From the NCBI GenBank assembly GCA_030704615.1, contig CM060731.1, positions 72,044,001 to 72,108,000 on the forward strand: DNA of 64,000 nt, written 5' to 3'. Below, piece after piece: positions 12,719-25,879 of this stretch. The position numbers were made by a program, and so were the translations under genes. Under the pieces are notes generated by a model. That model made no database searches. It had not been told where the DNA came from and saw only the letters and a program-made list of their open reading frames with translations. The stretch's first letter is position 1. Every line of letters begins with the position of its first letter. Origin of the DNA: Takakia lepidozioides. Lineage: Eukaryota > Plantae > Bryophyta.

Positions 12719-15700
12719 ATGGCAGGCATAGCACTTGTAGCAACGCCAGCTCCTCCTGTTTCTTTGCGATTATTTGTTGGCAATTTCTCTTCCTCGCGGC
12801 GTCCTGGCGTGCTAAGTAAGGCAAGGAGTGCATATACAAGATGTGGAGGTCTTTTGCAGTTGAATAGAAGCGAATTGGAAGGCTTCGGGTATACTCCTCA
12901 GCTGTCAAGTATCCTACACTTGAAGCACGCATGTCTCTTCCACCGTGCCAGTGGAAGTGCTCCGAAGGGAAGCTTTCCCGAGGGTTTTTCCAGGTCTCGC
13001 TTCAGCAATGTAACAGTGACCCGCATGATTCGCTGCCAGTCCACTGGTAAACATCCTGAGTGCAATCGCAACTGTGGAATTGAAGATGCAGAACAAGGGG
13101 GGATTTCTATGTAAAGTTGTCAGTATGCTAGGTGATTTCTGCTTCGAAAGTAGACGATAAAGCACGGAATTCTTAAGACCATGGTTGGATCCAACGAAAT
13201 GGATATCGTTGAAAATCCGGTCGGCAATACTGCTGCCTGCTTACCAGGCCAGTTTTAGGTGATTGTTGCAATTTCAGTTCCTGATCCGCACAGTAGCTGA
13301 ACGACCATCCACCTACGTGATAGAGGTGCTTTGGAGGTAAGTTGTAGTGCATAATAGCTGCCTGCATTCCAAACTGCAACAGGCTCAGTAGTGTAATACT
13401 GGCATCCATAATCCTGTGCGAATATTGGCTCTGAAATTGCTCATCGCCATGGTGCTGTGCTTGCCAGTACCTTCATAGGATGTAGATGTGGTGAATGTGT
13501 TCTTGCATCTGTTGCAGGGTTTGTTGCCAGTGATAAACCCTATTGGGGCCTTGTCTGTTGATGCCATAATATCTTCCCCCTGACTATCTGTTATCTGCAT
13601 GGGGTTATAGCAAGTGTTTGAAGTGGCTTAATTTTAACGTGGCATGGGTTGATGGTTGTGCAGCTGGGGCAGTGGCAGATTCCGTTGAGAGGGACACAGG
13701 GTTTGAGGCCATGGTGGCAGGCACAGCTCGCAAGTATTACATGCTAGGAGGCAAGGGCGGTGTGGGAAAAACAAGCATGGCTGCTAGCCTGGCTGTAAAG
13801 TTTGCCAATAGCGGCCATCCCACACTCGTGGTGTCCACCGATCCTGCACATTCTCTTAGTGACTCTTTCGCCCAGGCATGTGTATATTGTTGTTGGCTTT
13901 GAAAGAGGATTTGCAGTTTGAAGGGAGAGCTGAAACCATAAATACTCTGGGAAGATTGGAAATTCTCAACCTATATTGCACCATGAGTATTTTGGAGTGA
14001 ATGCATGCCGTTTCCTCCTCGGTTTGCTTCTTAGGAGTGCTTGCAAGGACTTGGCGGGATAGCTTACAAGGAACAGTGTGGCAGGATTTAGGAGGTGGGA
14101 AGCTAGTCCCAGTGGAGGGTATGGATTTGCCACTCTTTGCAATGGAGGTTGGACCCTATTCATTTTGCTTCTGTGAAATCTCGTTTTAATGTCTACTTCT
14201 TGTTACAGGCCTTCATATCTGTGCTAATTCCTTGGTTTTTCCCTTAATCTCAGGCCCCACTCTTCTATTGTTCCGGTGAGCTCCATTGGGGTGTCAGACA
14301 GAATGTATCCATTTGCCTTGTGGTGACCAAACTTGGATGGAGCAGAGAAGGGGAGGATAGGTGGGGAGTGGAGACCGGGCCTCGCTACCAAAGCAGAAGG
14401 CTCTGGGACTACGTTAGAAATGTATTGTGAATTCTGGCTATGCAGATTATTCCAAAAACCTCTACAACATGATAGCAGTTTGATATGAGAGAAAGCAGAT
14501 ACCATTGGAGGGAATTTTTTGTTCCTGGATAGTGGTTTGCAAATGGTTGTCTACTAACAGGAGGATGTACTGCAGATAAATCCAGATCAAGCCAGGGAAG
14601 AATTTCGAGCATCAGCTCAGAAAGACGGGGGCACTGGTGTGAAGGATTTCATGGACAGTGTGGGCCTGGGTGGTTGGGTGGAGCAGGTATTTCATCTTCT
14701 GTCACTGTTTGGCCTTCAGCAACTCATGGCATGACACTTCAAAAGCTGCATTTCTGAAAGGATGAAAAGTATTGTGGAAGGGAGGGTGTACAATGATAGC
14801 ACATGTTTGTGGATGTGGGTGGGGTTTGTGTTAAGTTAAGTGAGCTAAAGCTTGGAGAGCTACTCGACACACCACCACCAGGTCTGGATGAAGCCATGGC
14901 CATCTCCAAGGTGTGTGCCTTGTTTATTTTGTACATCCTCACCCTCACCTCTAAGTTTGAAGGGAGGATTGTCTTCCTTGTAGTCAAGTGCAGCTGTCGC
15001 TTTCCACTTCATTGTGGCCTACTTTGTTGCCAAGTGGGTTTGCTCCAACACATTTGAAATCGACTGCCTTTGTGATCTTGTGTGCACTGGAGCTAGTTGC
15101 CAATTAGTGTTCACATGCTTATTTATCTTGGGGCTCTTGTAGATGCATTTGAGCATGCATTTGGCTCTTCTTGTTGTGATTCTGATTAGAGTGTTTGGGG
15201 GCAAGATCTGAATGGCAGGTGGTCCAATTTATGCAAGCTCCTGAATACAACAAGTTCACCCGAATTGTTTTCGACACTGCACCCACTGTAAGGCTTTTTT
15301 CCTGACACAGCTTCATGCCTGTTATGCTACTGCTTGGGATAAGGGCATTAATTCAGCGGTCAGGATTGACTTAAGTTTCTAATACATTGACTTGGAAATT
15401 TGTCAGGGGCATACACTGCGTCTCTTGTCATTGCCTGACTTCTTAGATGCCTCGATTGGTAAGATTTTGAAGGTATCTCCACCTCTTTCATCACCTGTAG
15501 GGATAAGGAGTACTCTTGCACATTCACTACCAGCCGTAATATAGCTTTGTCCACTTCAAACTGTATAAGTGGGAGATGTTGTGAGTTTTCAGTTCTATCC
15601 AGGGTGGTTTCAGTGCCACAGGTTGATTGCCTTAGAGTGGCAAACATAGTGACTGTCAAGTGTTTGTGTTGTGCAGCTGAAGAAGAAGCTGGCATCAGCG

Positions 15701-16652
15701 ACTGCAGCCATCAAGTCTGTGTTTGGCCAAGGTGACGGTCGTGATCAGTCGGTATGTCAACTGCTCATTAGTGCCTTTTTCTATCTTCCTTAGCTCTTCT
15801 TGTTGACAAGGTCGTAGCCATGTTATTAGGTTATATCAACTTCACATACACAAATGACTTCCAGCAACTGCATGCTTTTATAAAAATGAGGCCAAAATAA
15901 ACGGCAGTGGGTTTGTACTGTGATGGCTGCCAGACAGACAAGCTGGAAGCGCTAAAGGAGAGGATGGTGATGGTCCGAGAAATTTTTAGGAATAAGGAGG
16001 CAACAGAATTCGTCATTGTCACTATTCCTACGGTCTCTCTTTTTCTCATGCAATCATACAAAGTAGTCTTTGAAAAAGTAAATTGGAGTGTGTGATATAT
16101 TTATATTTCTTCAACGTTTGCTGCCATCTTTCGTGAAAGACATAATGAGCTCAAGGGGGTAAAAGCATTGAGGTGCAGGTTATGGCAGTTAGTGAGAGTT
16201 CACGTTTGCAGCAGTCACTACAAAAAGAAGGGGTCCCTGTGAAGCGGCTTATTGTAAACCAGCTGCTACCAGCCTCTTCGTCTGACTGCAAGTTTTGTGC
16301 CATAAAACGCAAGGTATCTGGGTAAATATGTTTTTCCGTTCAGTGCATTGAGTGTCTCGTCTTAGCTGGTGTTCTCTCAGGTTACATCTATGAGTACAAG
16401 TGGCATGGGAGTATCCCCTGGTCGTTGGAGGGAAGACTGGTTGGTATACATTTTGACTTGGTCTAGTTCTCAGAATGCTGTAAGCATTGGTGATGGGTGG
16501 CCATGAATGTGCAGGATCAAAGAAGAGCGATGGATATGATTTCGCATGATCCCAATTTGTCAAGTCTCCAAGTTATTGAGTCCCCATTGTTTGACCTTGA
16601 GATCAGGGGAGTTCCTGCTTTGAAGTTCATGGGTGACCTTGTTTGGCAATAA
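12719..16652 (+). CDS. GET3B: Organellar GET3/ArsA-family ATPase (GET3b/c clade), ~11 exons
   Basis: Transit-peptide-like exon 12719-13046; exon 13664-13875 with P-loop GGKGGVGKT and [10 protein letters not shown]; later exons [58 protein letters not shown]; stop at 16650-16652. Confidence 0.92.
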
Positions 16653-16920
16653 TGACAGCACCTAACCTTTACATGCAGTTTAGATCACACATCTGCAGTA
16701 TTCCTACAAACTTATGGACTTTCAATGTCCGCATTACATGTCAAGAGTTATCTTCGGGAGAAATGCCACTAATGGTCCCTGTTGGCCATGAGCATATGAG
16801 AAATGGGCTCTTGGTCAACATTCCTGCACTGCTAGATTTTCTCAAATGTGATGTGAAAGCTAATTCCTTGGTGCAAATCTTCCTGTCATGAGCATCTCTC
16901 TCTCTCTCTCTCTCTCTCTC

Positions 16921-17800
16921 ATGAAGTTTGATCTTTGGGAGCTAGAGGCTAACGTCAGTAAATGTGCAGTGGTGGCATTCAACGACAGAGGAGAGGGAGG
17001 AAGTGATCTCAAGTGGCAGTGGGGTAGCCAAGAGATTCCGGTCCTCCCTTCCTACACTTACCTGGGCGTTGAGTTTTCCTCCAACTGTAATTGGGATGCA
17101 CATATTCGGAAAGTTGTTCAAACTGACAAGGGCAAAGCGCTGGGTCTCACTAAAGTTTTACACTGCAGAGGGGTCAACTCTGAGGTTAAGAAAACCATGC
17201 TTTGTTGCGTTATTAGACCTGCCTTGGAGTACGGATCTGCAATATATGGGTTGATAACTCCAACCAGGCTAAGTCTTTAGAATCCATTCAAGTGGGGGTG
17301 CTTAAGGAGTGCATGTCAGCATGCTCCAAAACAGCCAATGTGGCTGTTCGGGGTGGGCATCCCGTCCTTAAGCTCCCCACGAGATGAATTCAAGGTCCGG
17401 TGGTGGGGTCAGCTGCAACATATGTCCAACACCAGATATCCTAAGTCTCTATATCTTGGAAACAGGACTGCCCTGTCAAACAGGCTAAGTCCTGGCAGAA
17501 GAGAGTAAGAAGAGATTCTCAAGGATCTGGATCTGGATTCACAAGTCTTGACTCTTGACCCTGCTCGATAAATCTGACTTAGAGGCTGTAGTGTCCAAAC
17601 CATGTCTGTTGCCATGAAATTGTCTGATGAAAATGAAGTTAAGCAGAAATCTTCCCTGAACTTGTTTCCAGTCTGTGACATGGGGGAGGACATCATGGAT
17701 GACCTCCAGGGTGTACCCACTCTCGGCAATAGACTGAAATTTAAACTCAGGGCAGGAAGCCTACCTTTGAACAGCAAACAGAAGCAGAGAGGAAAGGGAG
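16921..17800 (+). mobile_element. Degenerate LINE ORF2 3' fragment next to a (CT)n microsatellite
   Basis: YTYLGVEF...IRPALEYGSA, LKFKLRAGSLPL; homologous to 40270-41040. Confidence 0.75.
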
Positions 17801-20338
17801 CCCTAACCATGTTGGGGTCTAATTGTTGGGCAGCTCAAAGCATCCAAAAGATGGCCGAGTGGTTAGGACACAAGACTGCCTAACAAGTGGTCTGGGTTCA
17901 AAGACCACGTATGTGTATGTTGGATGTCACCATCATATAATCCAACCCAGTTATAAAAAGGGATCCCAAAGAGACACGGCTATTTGTAACTGAGGACATG
18001 AGGTCAATTGCATTGCCTTGCTTACAATCATTAGAACTTGTCCATCTTCCAAGCGGCCCCTTGGGGATGAAGTGACACCATAAGTTATTTGTGTTTGGGC
18101 AGGAGTCCTCCCGCTCCTTGGGCAGTTCACACACTAGTTGAAGCTTGGTGTGAAGGGCTTTCTAGAGGACATCTTTGAAAACCTGAACTAATTGTCTTCA
18201 CCATGTGCTAAGTCATACTACCGGAGTAAGTGGATGTCATTTCAGCCAAAATGGCTATTATGACATTTTAATTCATTTTATTTTTAATGAAAGGCCCAAG
18301 TTAGGCCACAATATATTTAAAATGAGGAAAAAGTAACCTCACATGACATGCCATGGAGGCTGAAAAAGGGCACACTGCCCCCTAACCAGGAAAGTCGTGA
18401 AGAAGAGCCTAGCATAAGTCTATGAGGGAGAAGAAGGTCCGAAAACGTAATAATCAGAACCGCAGGAGGGAGGGGAGATTCAACGAGGAGTTCATCGGAA
18501 CCAGCGTAGAAGAAATCGTTGGAGAACGCGCCAGAAGAGTCACTGGAGGTCACACCTGAGGGAAGTCCGACGCCAAAGACCAATCTAAGTTAGTCCCTGA
18601 CCATCACCTTTGGAATTCGAGGATAACATCAACTGGAAGCACAAGAAGAATAGGAATTCCAAGATTAAAGCTCAGATCTAAGCGTTAGGCCTTGTTTCTC
18701 AGCTCTCGTCCCCTTTTCAATCCTTGTTCTGCAGGGTTGTTTCACTTTTGGCATAGATGGTATAATTTCTTGTTAGATTTATGCCTTAGTGGTTGTTTTT
18801 TAGGTTTGGTTTTCAGCAGCTGACTCTTTCAGTAAAGCATGACTGGTAATTATGGCTACCCATTGCGGTGCTCTGAGAGGTTCCCCACGATTGTACTGTC
18901 TTATGGCCCTCAGGAGGTTATTTTTTCCTCGTTTCTTAATTTGATTAGAAGGGCTCCGTTCCCCTTTCCTTAAATAAAAAATAAAAACTAATAAAACTTT
19001 AATAAATACCTTTCTTTGTATCTTTCTTTTTACAGGCTATTTTTCATTTTGCCTTTCACACAGGCAATATATGGTCATTGCCTTTCTTTTGACAGGCCGG
19101 TTTTTTTTTTTTTTTGGGTATTTTTTGCCTTTCAAATGCCTTGTAACAAGTGCAAAAAGCAACCTATTCATGACATTCGGCCGAGCCACTGGAAAAAGAA
19201 ATCATACTATACATAGGTCTTACATGGCATTTGGATTATTTATAAACACACCTCAAGCCAGTAGGAGCATGCCTAGCATTGCCAAAAAGAAGGGCGCCAA
19301 CTTCAAAATGATGCTTCCGGTTTTTTTGGCTGGCTTCCCGTCCCCAGCAACACCGCGAGGCTCTTTAAGGCCGCCTCCCCACTAAAACTCATCCTCTCTC
19401 CCATGGCATCTACTGCTCTTTGCTGACCCCCTCGCACGCTATCCTCAAATTCGGTGGGCCTAAGTTTAGGTTGTGGAGAGCATGGGCCAGTCCCTCCTGG
19501 CCTCCGGCTTGGGAAACCTAGTGTATGTGGCATTTTTAGGCTATGGTGGAAGTGAAACTGGTACCGATAGATAACCGCGCCAGAATGGCGTGCATCCGTC
19601 GATTGCTGGGGCAAGTGGCAAGTTGGCCACTTGCTCGCATTACTTATTGCCGCAGCAAAAGACCCACCACTTTGACGGTTTTGCGACTGTTTGGTGAGGC
19701 TGTGCTGGTCATGCCCTAAGACAATATTGTCGTAGCAGCATGTACACAAACAAACAAGTACATTCCATATGACATAAATCAAATGCCAGACCGAAGAAAA
19801 AGTTTAATTTTTATTAGCCACGAACTCATTCAAAGCCGCAGCATCACTTGGATCTAAAGAGTACAAGTTTTGAGATGGTTCAAATGACATAGTCACTGTT
19901 GAGATTATGGTATCAACATCAATCCACTATGTATCACTGGAGTCATATTTGAACTTCAGATGATCCCTACCTAATTTCATCCTGATGGATTGGAGCCGGA
20001 TGAAATATGAGAAACTTGAAAAGGATGGATACATTATATTGTAGATAAAACCCTTTAAGGTAGTGGCATCTAGAAGTGTGCGCGACCTTATTATGTCCCC
20101 TATTTTTGATGAATGAAGTCACCATTTTCATTTTTGTACTGTGCACTTTTGTAAAGGAGGCGATTCAAGGTTAATTCTTGCTTTGGATTAGGTACGATGT
20201 GAGGTGTTTTGGAGTACAAGGGGTTTATTTAATGCATTAGTGAAGCTAATTACATAGCAGCCTATTGATTCTTATTTCAAATTCCTAATTTGTTTTTTGA
20301 AATGGAGGCGAGTGTTTTGGGACAATGGCCAATTAATA

Positions 20339-20857
20339 TGTCGTGCGCATACATATCGCTACACAACTACATCGCTGTCCAAACCACACCACACATATAT
20401 GCACAATAAAGTAGTCTAGCACAATGATAAAAAACTTGAAAAAGGACACACTCTCAAACACAAAATATGCAATCCCTCAAGATCACTCTTTAAATAGTCG
20501 AGCCAGGGGCACCCCAAGCTATGGGGACTCCACCCCACAACAACCTACACTCCCATCATACACTCAGATCTAAAATGCAGGAGCTCGTCGCGCAGGCTCA
20601 ACTCGAGAGAGATGAGCTGCGCGACTGCCGCTCTCGTGAAGATAAGACGACCAGGTGTCAAACTAAACTTGACACCTGATTTAACACTTGACCTAAATCC
20701 AAGTGTTAAATACAAATAACTAGTTTTATTCTAGCTGTTTTCACACTGTGCTTATTTAACTTGACAGCTGTCGTGCGCATACATATCGCTACACAACTAC
20801 ATCGTCGCTGTCCAAACCACACCACACATATATGCACAATAAAGTAGTCTACCACAA
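20339..20857 (-). repeat. 3' terminal B1-gc-A2-B2 repeat block
   Basis: An ~87-bp B unit is present twice, flanking an ~342-bp A unit that recurs at 31892-32246, 58593-58949 and (reverse) 61287-61541. Confidence 0.9.
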
Positions 20858-21114
20858 TCGCCCCCCTAGCTGGTGGATAGGTCCCTCTACCTCCAGATAG
20901 CTACAAGATGTAATAGCCACAGCCGTACTAAGTCCTCTATCACTGTCCCTATCGTACTCAAACTCTATAGACCAAGAGGCCGGGTACAAGAGTAGCCCCA
21001 TCGTTAGTCGCCGTCTTGCAATCTGTGAACTTGAGCCAGGACTCGTGTGTTCAAGGTCTCCTAGTAGCTGGGCCTTGCGTTTCTTGTTAGCCTCCATGGT
21101 TGTATCCACTCCCA

Positions 21115-22380
21115 CTATCCAATGCAATGTGGACATAACCAATCCCCATCCGGAACCATCTCAAGAGGTGGAGTCAAGCATCCCATATGCCAACCTCTAG
21201 AGCATCGATCACACACCAGCATGGTGGCTGCCCCTTTAGCAGACCCACACAACATGCACCTCAAACCTGCAGATACCACTGCCAGGTTTGGGTCAATCCT
21301 GCCATCGACATTCGGAAGGTGACATGGCGCACAATTACGCACATGGTCCTTCCAAGTTATGCCATCCCGACCCTCCAAGACCAAGACGCCTGAGGGCAAG
21401 ACCTCTCGAACCCTCAAAATAACACGTCCTGCAGTCACATCCAGGGTCGTAGGAGCAGTCTGCTGCAGATAGACATAGTCACCAGGGTTGAATCTCCGAA
21501 CCCCAGGACGATAGCCCCCACCACGTATGGTAGCATACCTCAACGTATCACGGTGTTGTGCAATGGCAAGGTTCTCGAAAGCCATGGGCATGACTCTCTT
21601 GAACAACTCTGCACGCTGCTCACATGCACGTGCCCACACGTCCGGATCGTCAAGGTTAAGAACTGTAGCAGCTTCTCTGCGAATGGATGTAGGCAAATCC
21701 GGCTCTCGGCCAAAGAGAAGAAAGTATGGTGAGAAGGAGGCAAGTGATGCTTGCTTGCTGAACCTGTAGCCCATGGCTAACCAGGGTAACTGAAGGTCCC
21801 AATCTCCTAGGTGTCCCTTCTGCAAGCCATACTTGCGCAAACCCCTCTTTACTGTCTGAACAACTCTCTGCCAAGCCATCGGCCTCAGGATGATCCCGAG
21901 AAGTGGCGGTGGTCTATCAAGGCCTTGTCACACAAAGCCTGAAACTCCCCCAAGAACTCTCTCCCTTGGTCCGTGAGTACCTCAGCTGGAGCACCGAATC
22001 GGCTAAGCACACAATCCAAGAATGCATACGCAGCTCCCTCACTAGCCTTATCAGGCAATGGAACCAATTCAATCCACTTGGAGAAGTGCTCCCACCATCA
22101 CCAACACGTACTTGTTGTGGCGCATGGTCAGTGGCAACGGCCCTGCGAAGTCAACTCCACCTGTAGCCCAATCCCATGATCGGAAGAGGGTGCAATTGTG
22201 GAGTAGGGGCGTTGAATGAAGCACGCACCCTGTCACACACCATGCACCTAGCCACAAATTGTTGCACCTCTGTGTGCATACCACGCCACCAATACTGCCC
22301 CTGCAGTAGACTATGAGTGCGTCGCACCCCAAAATGCCCCAACTCCTCATGGGCATGCCGCACTAACCGTGCCCGCTGTG
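21115..22380 (-). CDS. DDE integrase (HHCC zinc finger, rve core, SH3-like region) with C-terminal PHD finger; frameshifted in this copy
   Basis: HEELGH...CMVC; DFAGP / TDQGREF / GLAERVVQT; RFNPGDYVYL; CMLC...CDRC..GWHMGC...WLCPHC. The same region is a single ORF at 59944-60939. Confidence 0.93.
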
Positions 22381-22859
22381 TTGGGTGAGGCACAATCCTC
22401 ACTCGACCATCCTCCCACACTCGGAGCAGGTGTGTCCCCTCCCACCTGAACCTCTTGGCTCGTTGTAGGATCCGATCCCTCTCCTTGGCAGTCATAGTGG
22501 CTGCCGTGTCTCCACTGCGGAGGTAGTCCAACACAACTGAATCCTCATGTATATCTTTGGCGCCACCCTGCTCATTGCTGGCCTCAGGGTCCTCAGACAC
22601 TTGATCTACAGTCATCCCTGTTGTAGGTCCAACCTGGCCTTCCGCTGCCAAGATACACAGAAATGCAGATGCATGCCATCCGGGCACCATCTCCTCGTCC
22701 GTCTCACCATGCCACCGAGCTCCAGTGTCATCCTGCTGGCTCGTGCATGGATTGCGACTCAACCCATCTGCATTTCGATTGACCAAACCCGGTCGATGCA
22801 CCACCTGAAAGTCATACTCTTGAAGGATGAGTGCCCACCGTGCAAGCTTCCCGTAAGCT

Positions 22860-24081
22860 TGTCTGACTCCATCAACCACTTGAGTGGTTGGTGATCCGTG
22901 ACAAGGGTGAAGAGATTGCCGTATAGATAGCACCTGAAGTGTGCCACGGCCCACACTGCAGCTAAGCATTCTCCCTCATATGAGCTATACTTAGACTCTG
23001 CAGCATTGTTCGAGCGGCTAGCATAAGCCACTACGAACTCTCTTCCCTCATCATCCACCTGTGTGAGCACCGCTCCAAGCCCCAGCATGCTCCAATCTGT
23101 ATGCAGCTGAAAAGGACGCCCCCTGATAGGTCGTCTCAAGATGGGCGCCGAGGTCAACCTCGCCTTGAGCTCTTGAAAAGCTTGTTCTTGCTCATCTTCC
23201 CACTGCCACTGGGTCCACCTTGGTCAGCTTGGTTAGAGCCTTTGCAATGGCACTAAATCCCTTAACAAACCGTCTGTAATAGTTTGCTAACCCCATGAAA
23301 GCTCGAACTCGGCTCACATCCGTGGGGCGTGGAACCTGTGCAATGGACTCTACCTTAGTCTGCTGTACCCCCAATCCTCCAGGATATATCATGTGACCCA
23401 GATACTCAATCTGGTTGTGGAAAAACTTGCACTTGCCCGGATGTAACTTCAATCCGTGCGTCCTCAAGCGCTCAAATACCCCCTGAAGGTGTCTCTCATG
23501 CTCCTCCACCGTAGCACTAAAGATGATGATGTCATCTATGTAGCACCGAGCAAACTCCACCCCTGCTAGAATCCTGTCCATGACTCTTTGAAACTCAGCG
23601 GGAGCGTTTTTAAGCCAAATGGTAAGAACCGCCACTGGTATAGGCAATCCTTCCCGTGCTCATTGATCCCCCAGAATGCCGTCTTTTGCTTATCCGCCTC
23701 CTTGATCGGCAACTGGTGATATCCGGATCGTAAATCCAACGTGCTAAAGACCTTGGAATGCCCAATGGCATCAAAGATCTCCTCTGGTGTTGGCATGGCA
23801 TACCTATCGGACTTGGTCTGACGATTTACAGGCCGGTAATCACCGCACATACGTCTCTCCGTCCAATTGCCATAGACATCCTTCTTAGCTGGCATCACTG
23901 TGGCTGAAGCATACTCTCCACCAGAGAGCTCCACCAAACCTGCCTCCCAGAGATCTTGAGTCCTCATCTGAATCAAAGACCTCTCCATGTCACTGTATCT
24001 ATAGGGTCTCCGAAAGATTGGCGTGTCAGTGGCCAACTCAATACGGATCTCTTGACCCTTCAGTGCTCCCAAGTCCTTCAA
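22860..24081 (-). CDS. Reverse transcriptase + RNase H (Ty3/Gypsy type), several 1-nt frameshifts
   Basis: RRMCGDYRPVN, FSTLDLRSGYHQL, LPFGLKNAPAEFQR, CYIDD, IEYLGH, FMGLANYYRRF; RNase H LHTDWSMLGLGAVL, YSSYEGECLA, TDHQPL. Confidence 0.95.
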
Positions 24082-24529
24082 ACTGAAGGCAAAGCAATTC
24101 CTGTAAGCCCTCAGGAACCGCCGTATACGTCGTCTCTCTCCTCCGGTGACAATGGGTCCAATGTCAGGCTCCCAATTGTCCTCCGTAACTGCAACCTTAA
24201 GTCCAGTGGGCTTAGAGGTAGAGGACGCGTCCCGTGGTTGCTATGCTGCAACCTCTTGAGCAGTACCCCCTTCCTGCTCAGTCAATGACAAGGCCTCATC
24301 CTGCCCCATCATCTCATCATTGAGAACCTCCTCATCCCGAGAAGAATCCCCAACCTCATCCATCACAGCTGCCTTCGCTGCCAACTCCCCTCTGAACCTC
24401 GCACCTCCCACATGTGCCATGGATGTCTACCTCGTGGTCCTCACCGGCTCGCCCCCACTCGCTGCCTGTACCGTCTCGGTAGGCAGAGAGACCGTCAAGG
24501 GAAGTGCACTCCGCACTCTACGTTGCTCA

Positions 24530-25485
24530 GCCATAGCCAAGCTGACAATCCAGGTCAAGCAATTGAGATCCATTGCTTGCCCCAACACCTGACGACGTGA
24601 TGCCTCAGAAAGAGAAGGCACCGCCGTGGTCCCAGTGGAAAACCCCATAGCCCGCTCTCGCTCGTCGGCATTAGGCTCCACTAACTGCTGCAACTGAGCA
24701 TCCCACAGGAGGCCAGGTCCACCATCCCGAAAAGCATGGGATCCTGGGAAGCTGAGCAGTGTAGGTAATGCTGCTCGTGGTTGACCCACCCTGTTGACCA
24801 CTGCCAAAGGCGAACGGTCATCGTGTCTCACACGTTGAGACTGCCTTCCTGTGTCCAAAATGCCATCCACGGTGAGGTGTGCTGGCCGCTGCACCCCATC
24901 AAATGCACGCTTGAGCAGTGCGGGTGGCATCAAGTTAGTCCACCATAGTCGTGGACGATGAGCCCGTGACCCCACTGCAGCTGCATCCAGCAACACTGCT
25001 GACCCAAGCCACGACCGGACTTGATGCACACTGGCCATCACCCTGGCCCGAGAATCACCCATCAGTGGTACATTCTCCAAGATGTATGCTGGAGATACAG
25101 CTTGATGAAGCTGCAAGCAGCGCAAAATCCGCACCATCTCCCAAAACAGACCCGTCCTCGAGTCTCGCAATCCATTGCCATGCCCGGCTGATGAATGCCC
25201 TTGGCAGGGCCAACCTGCCACTATCAGATCAATGAGCCAACCTGCTCCAAATCTTGCGCCCCCAACAAGGAAATGTCTGCTGGCAAGGCTTGTTGGTATC
25301 CACGAACTGCAGACACAGGCAACAAGTCAGGGTACTGCTGTACCAACTGAGCCACATGGCGCAGTGAGACGCGTCGTGCAGTCTCATCCCTCTCCACATA
25401 CAGGTAACGCCTTACCCGCACACCTGCCTGTAGCACAGCAGCCAATCCGGTGCTGATCCCGCCAAACAAGTCCAGAAGGCAAATG
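24530..25485 (-). CDS. DNMT3-like C5-cytosine DNA methyltransferase domain inside pol
   Basis: Motif I LLDLFGGISTG; II YVERD; IV IDLIVAGWPCQG; VI YILENV; VIII AHRPRLWWTNL; IX ERERAMGF; X RRQVLGQAMD. One 1-nt frameshift at ~25235. Confidence 0.9.
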
Positions 25486-25879
25486 CCTTCATCCGGCCGC
25501 TGCCACACAAGAGGTGTGGTGTCCAATGGCGACAACTGAGGTGGCCCTGGTGCAATCACCGCACTCTCCTCCTCTCCTGACGGTACAAAAGCTTCTTCCC
25601 AAGCTTGTTGCACCCGTCCATCAGCAGCTTGCTGCAAATCCTTGCTCGTACCCCACAACGGAGTGTGAGCAACCATGGCAGGCAACTCCGCCGTACCATG
25701 CATGTCATCCTGCTCTGCTGGAGGTGGCACATCCTCTGCATGGGCATTGCCTTCCAGCAACTCTCCAGGCCAACTAACTGCAGCTGTGAAGGCGGCTAGT
25801 GTTGGCATCTTGCCCCGCTGGGCAGCTGCAATACCCCCAATGAATGTCACAGGGAGCTGTGCACGGCGACCATCCCCTG

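Noticed and set aside
19860-20338. Possible degenerate Ulp1-like/transposon ORF interrupted by the retroelement (a frame stays open across the TSD into 32251+)
   Set aside because: Similarity is too weak to name by eye; at most it mildly supports the element boundaries.
20849-21142. Small ORF after the integrase stop (possible env-like or extra gene)
   Set aside because: Frameshifted and interrupted in the second copy; no TM segment or recognisable motif.
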